From positions 5,952 through 69,951 of the forward strand of contig DASVNF010000100.1 in assembly GCA_036384015.1 (NCBI GenBank): a stretch of 64,000 bases of DNA, given 5' to 3'. Under the pieces are notes generated by a model. The model did no database searches. It worked only from the letters and a program-made list of their open reading frames with translations, and was not told the origin of the DNA. Numbering within the stretch: position 1 is the first letter of the stretch; every line of letters starts with the position of its first letter. This DNA is from Burkholderiales bacterium. Its GTDB lineage: Bacteria > Pseudomonadota > Gammaproteobacteria > Burkholderiales > JACQAP01. Both the position numbers and the translations under genes were made by a program. Below, one piece after another: positions 1 through 9,469 of the stretch.

Positions 1-406
1 GACCACGCGCAATATTCATGTGATAACCGCGCTGTCCGCGCAAGGTGTGGATACGCGGGGAGACAGGGTTCAGCTGCAGCAGGTCCTGCTGAATCTCGTC
101 GCCAACGCCTGTGAGGCCATGGATGCCCCGGGATCGACACGCCTGTTGACGATGAAGACCGCGCCGTCGGAAAACGGACAGGTGCAGATCTTCGTGATCG
201 ACGGCGGCGCCGGCATTCCCGCCGAGCTGATGGAAAAGCTGTTCGACCCGTTCGTTACTACCAAGACGCAGGGGCTTGGACTGGGCCTGTCGATCTCCAG
301 GTCGATCGTCACTGCGCATGGCGGGCAGCTGCTGGTGCGCAACAATCCCGATCGCGGCGCCACATTTCGCCTCCTCCTGCCGGGCATCGCCGGAGCACGA
401 ACTTGA
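1..406 (+). CDS. Sensor histidine kinase, C-terminal HATPase_c part (5' end lies outside the window)
   Basis: ORF 20..406 stays open to the window edge in the same frame. It has kinase ATP-binding motifs: QVLLNLVANA (N box), DGGAGIP (G1) and GLGLGLSISRSIV (G2). The stop TGA at 404-406 overlaps the TTG start of the next gene. Confidence 0.85.
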   Translation, partial: TTRNIHVITALSAQGVDTRGDRVQLQQVLLNLVANACEAMDAPGSTRLLTMKTAPSENGQVQIFVIDGGAGIPAELMEKLFDPFVTTKTQGLGLGLSISRSIVTAHGGQLLVRNNPDRGATFRLLLPGIAGART

Positions 407-1038
407 GCGGGCCGGCGACCGTATACGTGGTGGACGATGACGCCGCGGTCCTCAAGGCGCTGACCCGCCTTTTGCAAGCGGCCGGCCATGCCGTCGCCGC
501 TTTTCCGTCCCCGCAGGCCTTTCTCGATTCGCACGACGCTTCCACGCCGGGTTGCCTGCTGCTGGACGTCGCCATGCCCGAAATCAACGGACTGGAGTTG
601 CAGGAAAAACTGGCAGCGGACGACACCTGCCGCGCCATCGTGTTCATCAGCGGCCACGGCGACGTTCCCAAAATAGTGCAGGCCATGAAAGGCGGTGCCG
701 TCGATTTCCTGACCAAGCCCTTTAACGACGTCCAGCTTCTGGAAGCCGTCGATATCGCGATCCGCAAGGGATACGCCGCGCGTCAGGCGAACGGCGAACT
801 GAAGCAGATGGAACAGCGCCTGACCACGTTGACGGCGCGCGAACGCGAGGTTTTCGAGCACGTGGTCTCCGGCAAGCTCAACAAGCTTATCGCCACCGAC
901 CTCGGCACCGGGGAAAAAACCGTCAAGGTCCATCGCGCCCGCGTCATGCACAAGATGGGTGCGGCATCACTCGCCGATCTGGTGCGCATGGCCGAGAAAA
1001 TGGGTATCAGGCCGGGCGCCCCGTTTCCGGATCCTTGA
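403..1038 (+). CDS. Two-component response regulator, FixJ/NarL (LuxR-type HTH) family
   Basis: Receiver domain strings VYVVDDD, LLDVAMPEINGLEL and TKP. C-terminal LuxR HTH: LTAREREVFEHVVSGKLNKLIATDLGTGEKTVKVHRARVMHKM. Start is TTG at 403, coupled to the kinase stop. Confidence 0.85.
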   Translation: MSGPATVYVVDDDAAVLKALTRLLQAAGHAVAAFPSPQAFLDSHDASTPGCLLLDVAMPEINGLELQEKLAADDTCRAIVFISGHGDVPKIVQAMKGGAVDFLTKPFNDVQLLEAVDIAIRKGYAARQANGELKQMEQRLTTLTAREREVFEHVVSGKLNKLIATDLGTGEKTVKVHRARVMHKMGAASLADLVRMAEKMGIRPGAPFPDP

Positions 1039-1101
1039 CCGCGCCCTTCGATTCAGGGCCGGGAGCCGGGATTCACCCGTAATTGATTCCGGCGCAAAGG
1101 T

Positions 1102-1119
1102 ATTGGACCAAGGTCCAAT
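1102..1119. promoter_or_regulatory. 18-bp palindrome ATTGGACCAAGGTCCAAT (candidate operator, copy 1)
   Basis: Perfect 7-bp inverted arms ATTGGAC/GTCCAAT with a 4-nt spacer. It lies in the intergenic region about 160 nt 5' of the OM barrel gene at 1282 and is followed by TCTCCGG. Confidence 0.55.
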
Positions 1120-1281
1120 TCTCCGGCGCCACCGGGCGGGTTTAAAGTAAGCCGCACCGGACACTTCACCGGCACCTACCAGGGCAGGCTCGCTGCTTCC
1201 GATTTCCTCCCCCATTCCATGATCGCAAGTTGCACGACGGCCTGGCAACGCCTGGCGCCGAATACCACAAGGAGATTCCAG

Positions 1282-1917
1282 ATGACAGAAACGCGGCGCA
1301 TCGGGATGGCGGTGGTCTGGATGCTCGCCAGCGTGGCGGCCTGTCCGGCCGTTCTCGCCCAGCAACCCGGGCAGACGACCCGATTCGAGATCACGCCTTT
1401 CGCCGGTTACCAGAGCAGCGAGGAATTTTCCGACGAAGTCTCGGGGACGGAGCTTAAACTTGAGAGCACTGGCAACGCCGGGATCATCTTCAGCATGAAT
1501 CTGGCACAGGACACCCAACTCGAGTTCCTGTACAGCACGGCGACATCGTCGCTTGCGCCTAAGAGCGGCGGCCCCGCCCTCACCGACGTCAAGGTTGAAT
1601 ATCTGCATGTGGGGGCGGTTTACGTCTACAGCGGCGGTCGCGTGCGGCCGTTCTTCGGTGCCACCGGCGGCGCCAGCCGCTTTGCCCCGGACGCACCGGG
1701 ACTGGACAGCGATACCAACTTCTCCCTGGGCCTCGTCGGCGGCGTCAAGCTGTTCCTGACAGAAAATATCGGGCTGCGCGTCGAGGCGCGCGCTTTCGCC
1801 ACGCAGGTGGACAGCGACAGCGCGGCGTTCTGCAACAATGGCACCTGCAGGATTTTCTACGAGGGAGACTTTATCTGGCAGTACATGGCCAACGCCGGCA
1901 TCGTGATCGCTTTCTAG
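1282..1917 (+). CDS. Outer-membrane beta-barrel protein (OmpW/OmpA-like small barrel)
   Basis: ORF 1219..1917 trimmed to ATG 1282, which is preceded by AAGGAG. Signal peptide MAVVWMLASVAACPAVLAQQ. Alternating hydrophobic beta-strand pattern and a C-terminal aromatic end (IVIAF). Confidence 0.7.
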   Translation: MTETRRIGMAVVWMLASVAACPAVLAQQPGQTTRFEITPFAGYQSSEEFSDEVSGTELKLESTGNAGIIFSMNLAQDTQLEFLYSTATSSLAPKSGGPALTDVKVEYLHVGAVYVYSGGRVRPFFGATGGASRFAPDAPGLDSDTNFSLGLVGGVKLFLTENIGLRVEARAFATQVDSDSAAFCNNGTCRIFYEGDFIWQYMANAGIVIAF

Positions 1918-1977
1918 TGCGGAAAAAGCGGGGGCAGCCGTCCCGACGGACAATTCAAGAACTCTCAGGAGAATGGC

Positions 1978-2541
1978 ATGAAATACCGGAATAAACTCGC
2001 AATCATCATGGTTTCAACAGCGGTGTTTGCACTACCCGCCGCCCATGCCCAGGAAAAGGCGGGCGGGGTCGCCGCCGCGACAGCGGAAACCGTGGTAACG
2101 GTGGTGGAAGTCGACCGCGAAGCGCGGGTCGTTACCGTAATGGGCCCCGAGGGCGGTCTGACGACGATCAACGTCCCCCCTGAAGCGCAAAATCTCGACC
2201 AGGTAGTGCCAGGATCGCGCTTCAAGGTCACGTATCTCGCTTCCGTCGCACTGGCGCTGCGCAAAGGCAGCGGCGCGGCGAGTTCCAGCCAGGGCAGGAC
2301 CGTCCGCCTTGCACCGAAAGGCGATACGCCTGGCGGCGCGGTGGTCAGCGTGCGCGAAGTCAATGCCGTGGTCGAGAAAATCGATCGAGACACCCGCGTT
2401 CTGACGGTGCGCGGTCCCGAAGGAGGCCCACGCGAACTGCAGGTCGACGAGTCGGTCAAGGCTTTCGACCAGGTCAACGTCGGCGACACGATTACGGTCC
2501 AGTTTACCGAAGGCCTGGCGATGCGCATGATCAAGGAGTAA
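1978..2541 (+). CDS. Secreted hypothetical protein with an internal tandem domain duplication
   Basis: GGAG RBS. Signal peptide ending AAHAQE. Two homologous about 55-aa segments: VVEVDREARVVTVMGPEGG... and VVEKIDRDTRVLTVRGPEGG... Confidence 0.6.
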   Translation: MKYRNKLAIIMVSTAVFALPAAHAQEKAGGVAAATAETVVTVVEVDREARVVTVMGPEGGLTTINVPPEAQNLDQVVPGSRFKVTYLASVALALRKGSGAASSSQGRTVRLAPKGDTPGGAVVSVREVNAVVEKIDRDTRVLTVRGPEGGPRELQVDESVKAFDQVNVGDTITVQFTEGLAMRMIKE

Positions 2542-2646
2542 CGCCTGGCGCGCTGACTGGGGGTACCACAGCGGGCATCGGGCGGCCGCTGAACGCGCCG
2601 CCCGGTCCACTGATTTCAGGACGCCGGCATGTCATGGCCCGGCCAT

Positions 2647-2664
2647 ATTGGACTATGGTCCAAT
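2647..2664. promoter_or_regulatory. 18-bp palindrome ATTGGACTATGGTCCAAT (candidate operator, copy 2)
   Basis: Same 7-4-7 palindrome as at 1102. It lies 34 nt upstream of the CheY-like gene start at 2698 and is followed by TTTCCGG. Confidence 0.55.
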
Positions 2665-2697
2665 TTTCCGGAGGGCGCCGGACTGGTGCAATGAGCC

Positions 2698-3087
2698 ATG
2701 GCCTCACTTCTGGTCGCCGTGGTTGACGACGAAGAACCTGTTCGCAAGGCTCTCGGCCGCCTGCTGCGTGCCTCCGGTCTGAACGTGCACGCTTTTCCCT
2801 CGGGGCAGGCCTTCATCGACTCGATTGCCTCGGCCCGCCCCGATTGCCTCATCCTCGACCTGCACATGCCCGGACTGAACGGCCTGCAGGTACTCGAGCA
2901 TCTCAAGGCCTGCCGCACGCTTTTCCCCACCATCGTCATCACCGGGCATGACGAACCTGAAAACCAGACGCGCTGCCTGTCCGGAGGCGCGATGGCCTAC
3001 ATGCGCAAGCCGCTGGATGACCGGTTGCTGCTGCATGCCATCGACGAGGCGGTGAAAAATTCCGGCAGCGGGCACCCCCCCGCCTGA
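2698..3087 (+). CDS. Single-domain response regulator (CheY-like receiver only)
   Basis: 129 aa with receiver signatures VAVVDDE, LILDLHMPGLNGLQV and RKP. There is no output domain. Confidence 0.8.
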   Translation: MASLLVAVVDDEEPVRKALGRLLRASGLNVHAFPSGQAFIDSIASARPDCLILDLHMPGLNGLQVLEHLKACRTLFPTIVITGHDEPENQTRCLSGGAMAYMRKPLDDRLLLHAIDEAVKNSGSGHPPA

Positions 3088-3164
3088 GTAGGAATGGGAT
3101 AAGGAGCGGATCTCGTTCTCCGCGGCACAACGACTAACAACAACCAGCGAAAGATAAATAAAAA

Positions 3165-4031
3165 ATGACAAACACCCTTCTCCTGCTTTCGGCGCTCGGC
3201 ATCCTCGCAATGGCGACCGGCGTCTCCGCCGAACAGCAAGGCGATACGCTTGCGGCGATCAGGAACACGCAGTCCATCAGGCTCGGCTATCTCGACCAGT
3301 CCGTGCCGTTCTCCTTCGTGGACCAGAAGGGAAACCCGCCGCAGGGCTACTCGATTGAACTCTGCCTCAGGGTTGTCGCCGGCATCGAACAGCAGCTCGG
3401 GTTGCAGAAACTCAAGGTGCAATGGGTTCCCCTCACCATGGCGAATCGTTTCGACATGGTGGCGGACGGCAGCGTCGACCTCGAATGCGGCATATCGACC
3501 ATCACCCTGTCGCGCCAGCAGAAGGTGGCTTTCAGCCTGATGACCTGGATAGACGGCGGCAGCTTCGTCGTAAAAGCAGGACGGCCGCACGGCGGCCTGG
3601 GCGATCTCGCCGGCAAGAAAATCGCGGTCATCGCCGGCACCACCACCGAAAGCGCCCTGCGCGATGCGCTGAAGAAGGACTTCATCAAGGCGGACCTCGT
3701 CCTGGTCAAGGAACATCTCGAGGGCCTGGGCGCCTTGGACCAGGGCAGGGCCGACGCCTACGCGGCCGACCAGACGGTGCTGATCGGGCTGGGCCTCGCC
3801 GTCAAGGAGCAGTTGTCCCTGGCCCTCGCCGACCGCAACTTTTCCTTCGAGCCCTACGGGCTGACCCTGAGGCGAAACGACGCTGACTTCAAGCTGGCGG
3901 TCAACCAGGAACTGGCGCGCATCTACCGGACCGGCCAGATCGGCGCGATCTATGACCGCTGGTTCGGCAAGCTGGGCAAACCGTCGTCGATGCTCGCGGC
4001 GATGTTCGCGATCAATGGATTGCCTGAATGA
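3165..4031 (+). CDS. Periplasmic solute-binding protein, family 3 (amino-acid type), orphan
   Basis: Signal peptide ending SAEQQ. Strings IRLGY, PFSF, GYSIELC and VDLECGISTITLSR, with a C-terminal INGLPE. There is no adjacent ABC permease or ATPase gene. Confidence 0.8.
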   Translation: MTNTLLLLSALGILAMATGVSAEQQGDTLAAIRNTQSIRLGYLDQSVPFSFVDQKGNPPQGYSIELCLRVVAGIEQQLGLQKLKVQWVPLTMANRFDMVADGSVDLECGISTITLSRQQKVAFSLMTWIDGGSFVVKAGRPHGGLGDLAGKKIAVIAGTTTESALRDALKKDFIKADLVLVKEHLEGLGALDQGRADAYAADQTVLIGLGLAVKEQLSLALADRNFSFEPYGLTLRRNDADFKLAVNQELARIYRTGQIGAIYDRWFGKLGKPSSMLAAMFAINGLPE

Positions 4032-4306
4032 AAAGCGGCTTACATCGATGCCCCGCACATTGGACTGCGGGACTCCGCACATGCGACAGATGTTGTGTTG
4101 CCAACCGCCGCGCTTAATTTCAGCACTGCTCTCGTCGTACTGGGCGTGGTCTTTCTCATGGCAGGAAGCAGGACAAGTGGACCTATTGGGGAGCAAATAG
4201 AGCGGGCACCCGGTACCCCCCGCGACATGCTGCTTGAAGCTGTCGTCCTGTATGTGGGCGAAGCCTTGCGCCAGGCAGGCCAGCCCCGTGCAATGCGCAC
4301 TGGTGA

Positions 4307-4642
4307 TTACCTGCGGCGTCCTCCACCTCCGGCTCGCGCAGCAGGACGCGGCGCCGGCATGGGCCGCGACGTGGGCGGCTTCGCTATCGGCTGCGCGGGT
4401 TTCACCGGCCGGTCGACGTCCGGCCGATTCGCCGGCGGCGGGCCCACGACGACAGGGGGGCTGCCGTAGTAGCAGCACGGCCCCCAGCCCCATGAGTCAT
4501 AGTAGCCACCTCCCATGTACATGGATCCGTGCACTGATCCGGAACCGTTCGAAGCGCAGCCCGACGCGAAGATGGCGCCGCACAGCATCAACGCGTACGA
4601 CGAGTGACGCACGGGGTTGGACTTGCGGAAGGATTTTTTCAT
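4307..4642 (-). CDS. Small Gly/Pro-rich lipoprotein, hypothetical
   Basis: Lipobox-like AIFASGC after a basic N-terminus. Low-complexity Gly/Tyr/Pro-rich body. Its ATG overlaps the stop of the upstream VOC gene (ATGA). Confidence 0.5.
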   Translation of the reverse strand: MKKSFRKSNPVRHSSYALMLCGAIFASGCASNGSGSVHGSMYMGGGYYDSWGWGPCCYYGSPPVVVGPPPANRPDVDRPVKPAQPIAKPPTSRPMPAPRPAARAGGGGRRR

Positions 4643-5532
4643 TTCTGCCCCCCGTTCGCGTCATCGGCCCCGTCCTGCCAGTTGACGATGCCGAGCACGC
4701 CGCCGCGCGGGTCGGCGATCACCGCAAGATTTCCATCGAGCACGTCCCCGCGCGGCGGTACCAGCACACTGCCCCCGGCGGCGCTCACTTTGTCGAGCGT
4801 GGCGCGCACATCGTCGACCAGCACATACGGCAACCAACCCGGCTGCTGGACGACCTCGGGCTTCGGTACGATGCCGGCCCGTGCGTATCCTTCCGAGGAC
4901 AACACCACGCGCTTGATCGGTTCGCTTGCGCCGGGCGTCGCCCCGTAGCCGGCCAGGCCGCTATAGAACCTGGCGGCCCGCTCGGGCTCGCGCGCCAGCA
5001 GATCCACCCAGAAGAAATCCCCGGCGGCAACCGGCGTATCGGGCCGGTCGCCGCCTTCCGGCTTGAGCACGCCGAACACCGCCCCATCGGGATCGCGGAA
5101 CAGGGCATGGGTTCCCCTTCCCTTGACGGTGGCAGGCGGCACGAGGACGGTACCGCCTTGCTGCTTCACGTAGCGAGCCGCCTTGGCCGGGTCGTCCACC
5201 GAGATCAACGCCAGCCAGCGGGCGCTGCGCTGCGCGCCGGCCGGTGCGGGGCGTTGGAGAATGCCGCCGATGCGCGTGCCTTCGAGTTCTGCGAAGGTAT
5301 ACGACTCCGGTTTATCGCCCACAGTGGAAAACTTCCAGCCGAACACCTCGCCGTAGAACCGGCGCGCAGCGTCGAGATCGTCGGTGACGAGGTCGAACCA
5401 GGAAAATTTTCCGGGAAGATATTTTCCGCCCTGCTCCGCGCGGGCAGCCAGCGATGCTCCCGCCATGAGACCCAGCAATGCGAGCAGCAAGGCATTCCTT
5501 GCGGCGATCTTAACCATCCGTGAAAGATTCAT
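4639..5532 (-). CDS. Secreted VOC/glyoxalase-fold protein (two tandem glyoxalase-like domains)
   Basis: ORF 4639..5604 trimmed to ATG 5532, which begins the signal peptide MNLSRMVKIAARNALLLALLGLMAGASLAARA. The motif FSWFDL..DD...A..FY..VFGW occurs twice. Confidence 0.65.
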   Translation of the reverse strand: MNLSRMVKIAARNALLLALLGLMAGASLAARAEQGGKYLPGKFSWFDLVTDDLDAARRFYGEVFGWKFSTVGDKPESYTFAELEGTRIGGILQRPAPAGAQRSARWLALISVDDPAKAARYVKQQGGTVLVPPATVKGRGTHALFRDPDGAVFGVLKPEGGDRPDTPVAAGDFFWVDLLAREPERAARFYSGLAGYGATPGASEPIKRVVLSSEGYARAGIVPKPEVVQQPGWLPYVLVDDVRATLDKVSAAGGSVLVPPRGDVLDGNLAVIADPRGGVLGIVNWQDGADDANGGQK

Positions 5533-5705
5533 GCGCTTGTCCTCTGCGAAGCCCGCAGGATTCCGTACGACATCATACCTCCCCGAATCCGGTTCCATTT
5601 TCATGTGGGTGCTGCCCCGCAGCAGATCGGATACCCGAAATCCATGACGGTATTGTTATTCCAATTGCGTGAGCGCGATCAAGGATTTCGGCATAACCAC
5701 GCCGA

Positions 5706-5723
5706 ATTGGACTTTGGTCCAAT
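5706..5723. promoter_or_regulatory. 18-bp palindrome ATTGGACTTTGGTCCAAT (candidate operator, copy 3)
   Basis: Same palindrome. It sits in the divergent intergenic region between the VOC gene (start 5532, minus strand) and the porin/decarboxylase operon (start 5886, plus strand). Confidence 0.55.
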
Positions 5724-5885
5724 GGTGTTCGTCATGAGTGTGGCGCAAAGTGGTTTCAGTCGTCGAGGGGTGCTCCGGCAGTCAGCCAAGAGTAACAATA
5801 AAGAAGCGGCAAGTTCGGCCCATCGCTGAAGCCCTGCCATCACGGGAGTGCCCTGATCAGGTTATGACTTGACTGGGGGAAAATC

Positions 5886-7190
5886 ATGAAATCGCTCGCA
5901 CTTCTTCTGGCAGTGACGGCGTTCAGCAGTGGCGCGCTCGCGCAATCCAACGAGGAACTCAAGAAAACCGTCAAGGAGCTCGAGACCCGGGTCAAGACGC
6001 TCGAGCAGCAAAAAGCGGGCGCGCCTGCCACCTCCGAGTCGGGAGCGGCAGTCGTCGCGCCCGGTTCGACCGCCGAGGAAGGCTCACGCGATCCCAACAA
6101 GGCGCGCGTCGAGATCTTTGGCCAGATCATGCTCGACGCCATCTACGACTTCAAACGCGTCGACCCCGACTGGAACGCCACCCTGCGGCCCTCGAAGATC
6201 CCCGTGAACTGCCCTGGCGATGCCGGGTGCGGCAAAGATGGCGAGTCCATCTTCAGTATCCGGCAATCCAAGATTGGATTCAGAGGCTTCATTCCCACCA
6301 GCCTGGGCGAACTCACCACCCTGTTCGACATGGATCTGTTCAACAGCGGCGGGGGCAACACGGAGGCTCGCGTGCTCGATGCGTGGGCCGAGCTCGGCCA
6401 GTTTGGCGCCGGGCAGTACTACACCGTGTTCATGGACATCGACTCCTTTCCCAACACGATCGATTATTGGGGTCCCAACGGCATGGTATTCGTGCGCAAC
6501 CCGCAATTGCGCTATACCCCGTACAACCGCGATGGCATGAAGGTCGCGATCTCCCTGGAAGCGCCGGGTACCGCCATCGACACAGGCAAGATCTCGGAGG
6601 TGGATCCCGCCCTCGGCGCCGGAGTCTCGAGTCGTACGCGCCTTCCTGACCTGATCGCCAGCATCCGCGTGGATCGGGACTGGGGACATGCCCAGGCGGC
6701 GGGGATGATACGCCAGCTGGGGTATGACACGCCCGGCAATCCCGACGCCGAACCGTCCGGATCCGAAACCGGCTACGGCATCAACCTGAGCGGCTCGTTC
6801 AATACCATCGGCAAGAACCGCGTTACCGGCGCGATCGTCTTTGGCCGCGGCATCGCGAGCTACATGAATGACGGCGGTGTAGACCTTGCACCGGACGCCG
6901 GCCTGGCCGCCGAAGCCGTCGAGACCGTCGGCTGGTTCGCCTACTACGATCACTACTGGAACGAGAAATGGAGCAGCTCTGCCGGCGTCAGCGAACACAT
7001 CCAGTCCAACACCGACGGCCAGCTTCCAAACGCGTTCAAGAAAGGCAGCTATGGCTCCGCCAACCTGCTCTTCTATCCGGTAAAGAACGTCATGACCGGC
7101 GTCGAGCTGCTGTGGGGGCGCTACGAGCATAACGACGGCGCCGCCGGCAAGGACCAGCGCGTCCAGTTCTCGGCCAAGTTCACGTTCTAG
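5886..7190 (+). CDS. Outer-membrane porin with N-terminal coiled coil (DcaP-like)
   Basis: Signal peptide ending ALAQS. Coiled-coil segment NEELKKTVKELETRVKTLEQQK. Long beta-rich body ending in FSAKFTF (terminal Phe). Confidence 0.65.
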   Translation: MKSLALLLAVTAFSSGALAQSNEELKKTVKELETRVKTLEQQKAGAPATSESGAAVVAPGSTAEEGSRDPNKARVEIFGQIMLDAIYDFKRVDPDWNATLRPSKIPVNCPGDAGCGKDGESIFSIRQSKIGFRGFIPTSLGELTTLFDMDLFNSGGGNTEARVLDAWAELGQFGAGQYYTVFMDIDSFPNTIDYWGPNGMVFVRNPQLRYTPYNRDGMKVAISLEAPGTAIDTGKISEVDPALGAGVSSRTRLPDLIASIRVDRDWGHAQAAGMIRQLGYDTPGNPDAEPSGSETGYGINLSGSFNTIGKNRVTGAIVFGRGIASYMNDGGVDLAPDAGLAAEAVETVGWFAYYDHYWNEKWSSSAGVSEHIQSNTDGQLPNAFKKGSYGSANLLFYPVKNVMTGVELLWGRYEHNDGAAGKDQRVQFSAKFTF

Positions 7191-7210
7191 CCCCCCCGGA
7201 GCAACATGAC

Positions 7211-9469
7211 ATGGAATTCCTCCAGGCATTCCCGATCGCGATCATCGATGAAGACTATGAAGGCAAGAATGCCGCAGGTCGCGGCATGCGGCAGCTCGCC
7301 GCCGCAATCGAGAAAGAGGGTTTTCGCGTAGTCGCTGGCGTCACTTACGAGGACGCACGGCGCCTGGTCGACGTAATGAACGTCGAGTCATGCTGGCTGG
7401 TATCGGTCGACGGCGCGGAGAATAGCCCGAAACAGTGGCAGATCCTCGAGGAAGTGCTGGCCGCAAAGCGCAGCCGCAACGATCGCCTGCCGATCTTCCT
7501 GTTCGGCGACGAGCGCACCGCGGAAGTGGTTCCCGCCAGCGTCCTGAAGCACGCCAACGCCTTCATGCGCCTGTTCGAGGACTCGCCGGAGTTTCTGGCC
7601 CGTGCAATCGCCCGCTCGGCCCAGCTCTACCTCGAGCGCCTCGCCCCGCCGATGTTCAAGGCGCTGATGGACTACACCCTTCACGCGAGCTACTCGTGGC
7701 ATACCCCTGGCCACGGCGGCGGCACCGGCTTCCGCAAGAGTCCCGTCGGCACGCTGTTCTATGAGTTCTTCGGCGAGAACACGCTGCGCTCCGATGTCTC
7801 GGTGTCGGTGGGGCAGCTCGGCTCGCTGCTCGACCATACCGGACCGATCGCCGCCGGTGAGCGCAACGCCGCGCGCATCTTCGGCACCGACGAGACGCTG
7901 TTCGTGGTGGGCGGCACCTCGACAGCCAACAAGGTCATCTGGCACGGCATGGTGGGTCGAGGGGACCTTGTGCTGTGCGACCGCAACTGTCACAAGTCGA
8001 TCCTGCACTCGCTGATCATGACCGGCGCGACGCCGATCTACCTGGTGCCTTCGCGCAACGGCCTGGGCATCATCGGCCCGATTTCGCGCGACCAGTTCAC
8101 CCCCGCGTCGATCAAGAAGAAGATCGCCGCCAGCCCGTTCGCGAAGCAGACCAGCGGCAAGGTGCGCCTGATGGTGATCACCAATTCCACCTACGACGGC
8201 CTGTGCTACAACGTCGACGCCATCAAGGAAAGCCTGGGCGACGCGGTCGAAGTGTTGCATTTCGACGAGGCCTGGTACGCCTACGCCAACTTCCACGAAT
8301 TCTACGACGGGTTTCACGGCATTTCGTCGACCAATCCGGCGCGCGCGCCGCACGCCATCACCTTTGCCACGCATTCCACCCACAAGCTGCTCTGCGCCCT
8401 GTCGCAGGCCTCGATGATCCACGTGCAGCATGGCGAGACGCAGCGTCTTGACATGACCCGCTTCAACGACGCCTTCATGATGCATACCTCGACCTCGCCG
8501 CAGTACGGCATCATCGCCTCGTGCGACGTCGCCGCCGCGATGATGGAACAGCCTGGCGGTCGCGCACTGGTGCAGGAGATCATCGACGAGGCGCTCAGCT
8601 TCCGGCGCGCGATAACCGCGGTGAAGCAGCAGGTCAAGGGCTGGTGGTTCGATGTCTGGCAGCCCGACGCGATGGCGAAAAATCCGGCCGCAGACAAGGC
8701 GCGCTGGGTGCTCAAGCCGAAGGACCAGTGGCACGGCTTCGAGGATCTCGCCGCGAACCACGTCCTGGTCGACCCGATCAAGGTCACCATCCTCACGCCG
8801 GGCCTGACCGCCAACGGCACGATGCAGAAGAGCGGCATTCCGACAGCGGTGGTGGTGAAGTTCCTGTCGTCGCGGCGCATCGAGATCGAGAAGACCGGCC
8901 TGTACTCCTTCCTGGTCTTGTTCTCCATGGGCGTCACCAAAGGCAAGTGGAGCACGCTCGTTACCGAGCTGCTCAACTTCAAGGATTTGTACGACGCCAA
9001 CGCCCCGCTCAAGCGCGCGCTGCCGGCGCTTGCCGCGGCGCACCCGGAAGTCTACGAGCGAATGGGCCTCAAGGACCTGTGCGACGGCATCCACAAGGTT
9101 TATCACGACGACAAGGTGGCCAAGGCGCAGAAGGACATGTACACCGCGCTGCCCGAAATGGCCCTGCGCCCGGCCGACGCCTACGACCACCTGGTCCACG
9201 GCCGCGTGGAGACCGTGGAGATCGACAAGCTGATGAACCACATCCTGGCAGTAATGCTGGTGCCCTATCCACCGGGGATCCCGCTGATCATGCCAGGCGA
9301 GCGCCTGACCAAGGCCACCAAGTCGATCCAGGACTATCTCCTGTATGCACGCGAGTTCGACACCAAATTCCCGGGATTCGAGACCGACATCCACGGCCTG
9401 CGATTCGAACCCGCAGAAGGCGGCCGGCGCTACCTGGTGGACTGCGTGAAGGAAAAGGGCGGCAAATGA
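7211..9469 (+). CDS. Orn/Lys/Arg decarboxylase family (wing domain + PLP fold type I), lysine decarboxylase-like (CadA/LdcC/LdcA clade)
   Basis: 752 aa. Strings SWHTPGHGGG, GTSTANK, DRNCHKS, TNSTYDG and the PLP-lysine motif THSTHKLL. CadA-like strings WWFDVWQP, EKTG, PYPPGIPL and PGFETDIHG, as I recall the E. coli CadA sequence. Confidence 0.8.
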   Translation: MEFLQAFPIAIIDEDYEGKNAAGRGMRQLAAAIEKEGFRVVAGVTYEDARRLVDVMNVESCWLVSVDGAENSPKQWQILEEVLAAKRSRNDRLPIFLFGDERTAEVVPASVLKHANAFMRLFEDSPEFLARAIARSAQLYLERLAPPMFKALMDYTLHASYSWHTPGHGGGTGFRKSPVGTLFYEFFGENTLRSDVSVSVGQLGSLLDHTGPIAAGERNAARIFGTDETLFVVGGTSTANKVIWHGMVGRGDLVLCDRNCHKSILHSLIMTGATPIYLVPSRNGLGIIGPISRDQFTPASIKKKIAASPFAKQTSGKVRLMVITNSTYDGLCYNVDAIKESLGDAVEVLHFDEAWYAYANFHEFYDGFHGISSTNPARAPHAITFATHSTHKLLCALSQASMIHVQHGETQRLDMTRFNDAFMMHTSTSPQYGIIASCDVAAAMMEQPGGRALVQEIIDEALSFRRAITAVKQQVKGWWFDVWQPDAMAKNPAADKARWVLKPKDQWHGFEDLAANHVLVDPIKVTILTPGLTANGTMQKSGIPTAVVVKFLSSRRIEIEKTGLYSFLVLFSMGVTKGKWSTLVTELLNFKDLYDANAPLKRALPALAAAHPEVYERMGLKDLCDGIHKVYHDDKVAKAQKDMYTALPEMALRPADAYDHLVHGRVETVEIDKLMNHILAVMLVPYPPGIPLIMPGERLTKATKSIQDYLLYAREFDTKFPGFETDIHGLRFEPAEGGRRYLVDCVKEKGGK

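Noticed and set aside
8521-9465. 5' extension of ORF 8521..11811, which would give a 1096-aa protein
   Set aside because: The extension overlaps the first decarboxylase in another frame and translates to Arg/Gly/Pro-rich nonsense. Homology to SpeF-type enzymes only begins after ATG 9466.
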